From Octopus sinensis (Eukaryota), in assembly GCF_006345805.1 (NCBI RefSeq), contig NC_042999.1:4960001-5024000 (forward strand): a stretch of 64,000 nucleotides of DNA. Direction: 5' to 3'. The stretch's first letter is position 1; every line of letters starts with the position of its first letter. This document shows positions 62,093 to 64,000 of the stretch, piece by piece. Below the pieces are notes generated by a model that saw nothing but the letters and a program-made list of their open reading frames with translations, had not been told where the DNA came from and searched no databases. The position numbers and the translations under genes were made by a program.

Positions 62093-64000
62093 TATTTAGC
62101 CAGAGGGGAAGCAGATAAGAAAAAATTTGCCAATGTTCTGCGCCGTGAGGACCAAAGACTGGAGGTGTTTCGTGTTGCAAGACAGTGTGTGAGAGAGAAT
62201 CGTGATGTGGTAGGAGAGAAGTGTGTTCGCATGGAAGATGGTTCACTTGCGCTAAATGAGGATGCGAAGAGAGAGGTTTGGAGATGCCACTATGAAAGGT
62301 TGCTGAATGAAGAAAATGAATGGGATAAAGAGAGTCTGCCGAATGTTGACCCAACAGAGGGACCAGCTATCCGAGTTGATAGTTCTGTGGTAGCTAAGGC
62401 AATTAGAAGCATGAAGACAGGGAAAGCCCCAGGCCCATCAGGAATCACTGCAGAGATGCTCAAAATGTCTGGTAGTGTCGGCTATAGCCTAGTCACCCAT
62501 ATAGTTAATCAGGTGATACACAAAGGGGTCATACCCAATGACTGGTGTAGCAGTATAATAGTCAACTGCTACAAAGGTAAAGGTGATGCCCTAGATACAA
62601 ATAACTACAGAGGTATCAAGCTGTTGGACCAGGTGATGAAGGTTACGGAGAGGGTCATAGCCCAACTAATTAGAGAGAGAGTTAGTTTAGATGAGATGCA
62701 GTTTGGGTTTGTGCCAGGGAAAAGTACTACTGATGCTATATTCCTGGTAAGGCAGCTGCAGGAGAAATACCTAGCCAAAGATAAGCCCCTGTACCTGGCT
62801 TTTGTTGACATGGAGAAAGCCTTCGACAGGATCCCCCGATCCCTTATCTGGTGGGCAATGAGAAAACTAGGGATAGATGAATGGTTAGTGAGAGCTGTGC
62901 GGGCCATGTATAGGGACGCCGCTAGTAGGGTGAGGGTTGGAAATGAGTACAGTGAAGAATTCCGGGTAGAGGTAGGGGTCCACCAAGGCTCAGTACTCAG
63001 CCCCCTCCTATTTATCATAGTCCTCCAGGCAATAACGGAGGAATTCAAGACAGGATGCCCTTGGGAGCTCCTCTATGCTGATGACCTTGCTCTAATTGCT
63101 GAGTCGCTATCAGAACTGGAGGAGAAGTTTCAGGTGTGGAAACAAGGATTAGAATCGAAGGGCCTCAGAGTCAATCTAGCTAAAACCAAAGTCGTAATCA
63201 GTAGGAAGGTAGACAAATCACAAACACCTTCAGGTAGATGGCCCTGCTCGATCTGTAGAAAAGGTGTAGGTAGAAACTCTATAAGATGCACCAAGTGTAA
63301 GCTATGGACACATAAGAGATGCAGCAATGTCAAAGGAAGGCTAACTAGGAAGATGGTTTTTGTATGTGGCAGATGCTCAGGAACAATAAACACTGAAAAT
63401 GCTCTGAGACCAACTTCCGTCACTTTCCAGGGAGAAAAACTAGAAATAGTTGATAGTTTCCGTTACCTAGGTGACCAAGTCAGCAGCGGGGGCGGGTGTG
63501 CTGAAAGTGTAACTGCTAGAGTAAGAATAGCTTGGGCAAAGTTCAGAGAGCTCTTACCTCTGCTGGTGACAAAAGGCCTCTCGCACAGAGTGAAAGGCAG
63601 ACTGTATGATGCGTGTGTACGAACAGCCATGCTACATGGCAGTGAAACATGGGCCGTGACTGCTGAGGATATGCGTAAGCTCACTAGAAATGAAGCCAGT
63701 ATGCTCCGATGGATGTGTAATGCCGGTACTCACACTCGGCAGAGTGTAAGTACCTTGAGAGAAAAGCTGGACCTAAGAAGCATCAGTTGTGGTGTGCAAG
63801 AGAGACGTTTGCGCTGGTATGGTCATGTGGCGAGAATGGATGAAGATAGTTGTGTGAAAAAGTGCCATACCCTAGCGGTTGAGGGAACCTGTGGAAGAGG
63901 CAGACCCAGGAAAACCTGGGACGAGGTGGTGAAGCACGACCTTCGAACTTTAGGTCTCACTGAGGAAATGACTAGAGACCGAGACCTCTGGAAGTGTGCT
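62093..64000 (+). mobile_element. RTE LINE ORF2 (5'-truncated, RT open to window end) with PHD finger
   Basis: 636 stop-free codons by my translation: NYRGIKLL, QFGF, FVDMEKAFD, QGSVLSP, YADD (63074-63085), FRYLG, LRWYGH. Confidence 0.95.

Overview
AT-rich, repeat-dense animal genomic DNA, very probably from an octopus (inferred from the SINE/RTE repeat families, not checked against a database). It holds two convergent, intron-rich genes rebuilt exon by exon from GT-AG sites and codon phase. The first is nucleoporin NUP35/NUP53 on + (10 coding exons, 8243-27763, about 352 aa, with one apparent 1-nt deletion in exon 25052-25260). The second is the 3' 16 coding exons of the HECT E3 ligase HACE1 on - (60300 down to 32303, 688 aa in frame; the ankyrin N-terminus lies beyond 64000). 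Introns are packed with tRNA-derived SINEs, about 30 RTE-LINE 3'UTR fragments and RTE, CR1 and L1/Tx1-like LINE pieces. DNA transposon remnants include Mutator-, hAT-, piggyBac-, Tc1/mariner-, Merlin- and Helitron-type elements. Most notable: minimal hammerhead-ribozyme motifs in Penelope-like remnants, a DD36E Tc1 transposase, an open RTE ORF2 with a PHD finger inside the RT, a 170-bp target-site duplication, a chimeric 6-unit MITE array and many long intronic inverted repeats. No CRISPR, rRNA or genuine tRNA genes were found, and most ORFs in the supplied track are repeat-derived noise. I found no evidence of a wholly new multi-gene system.
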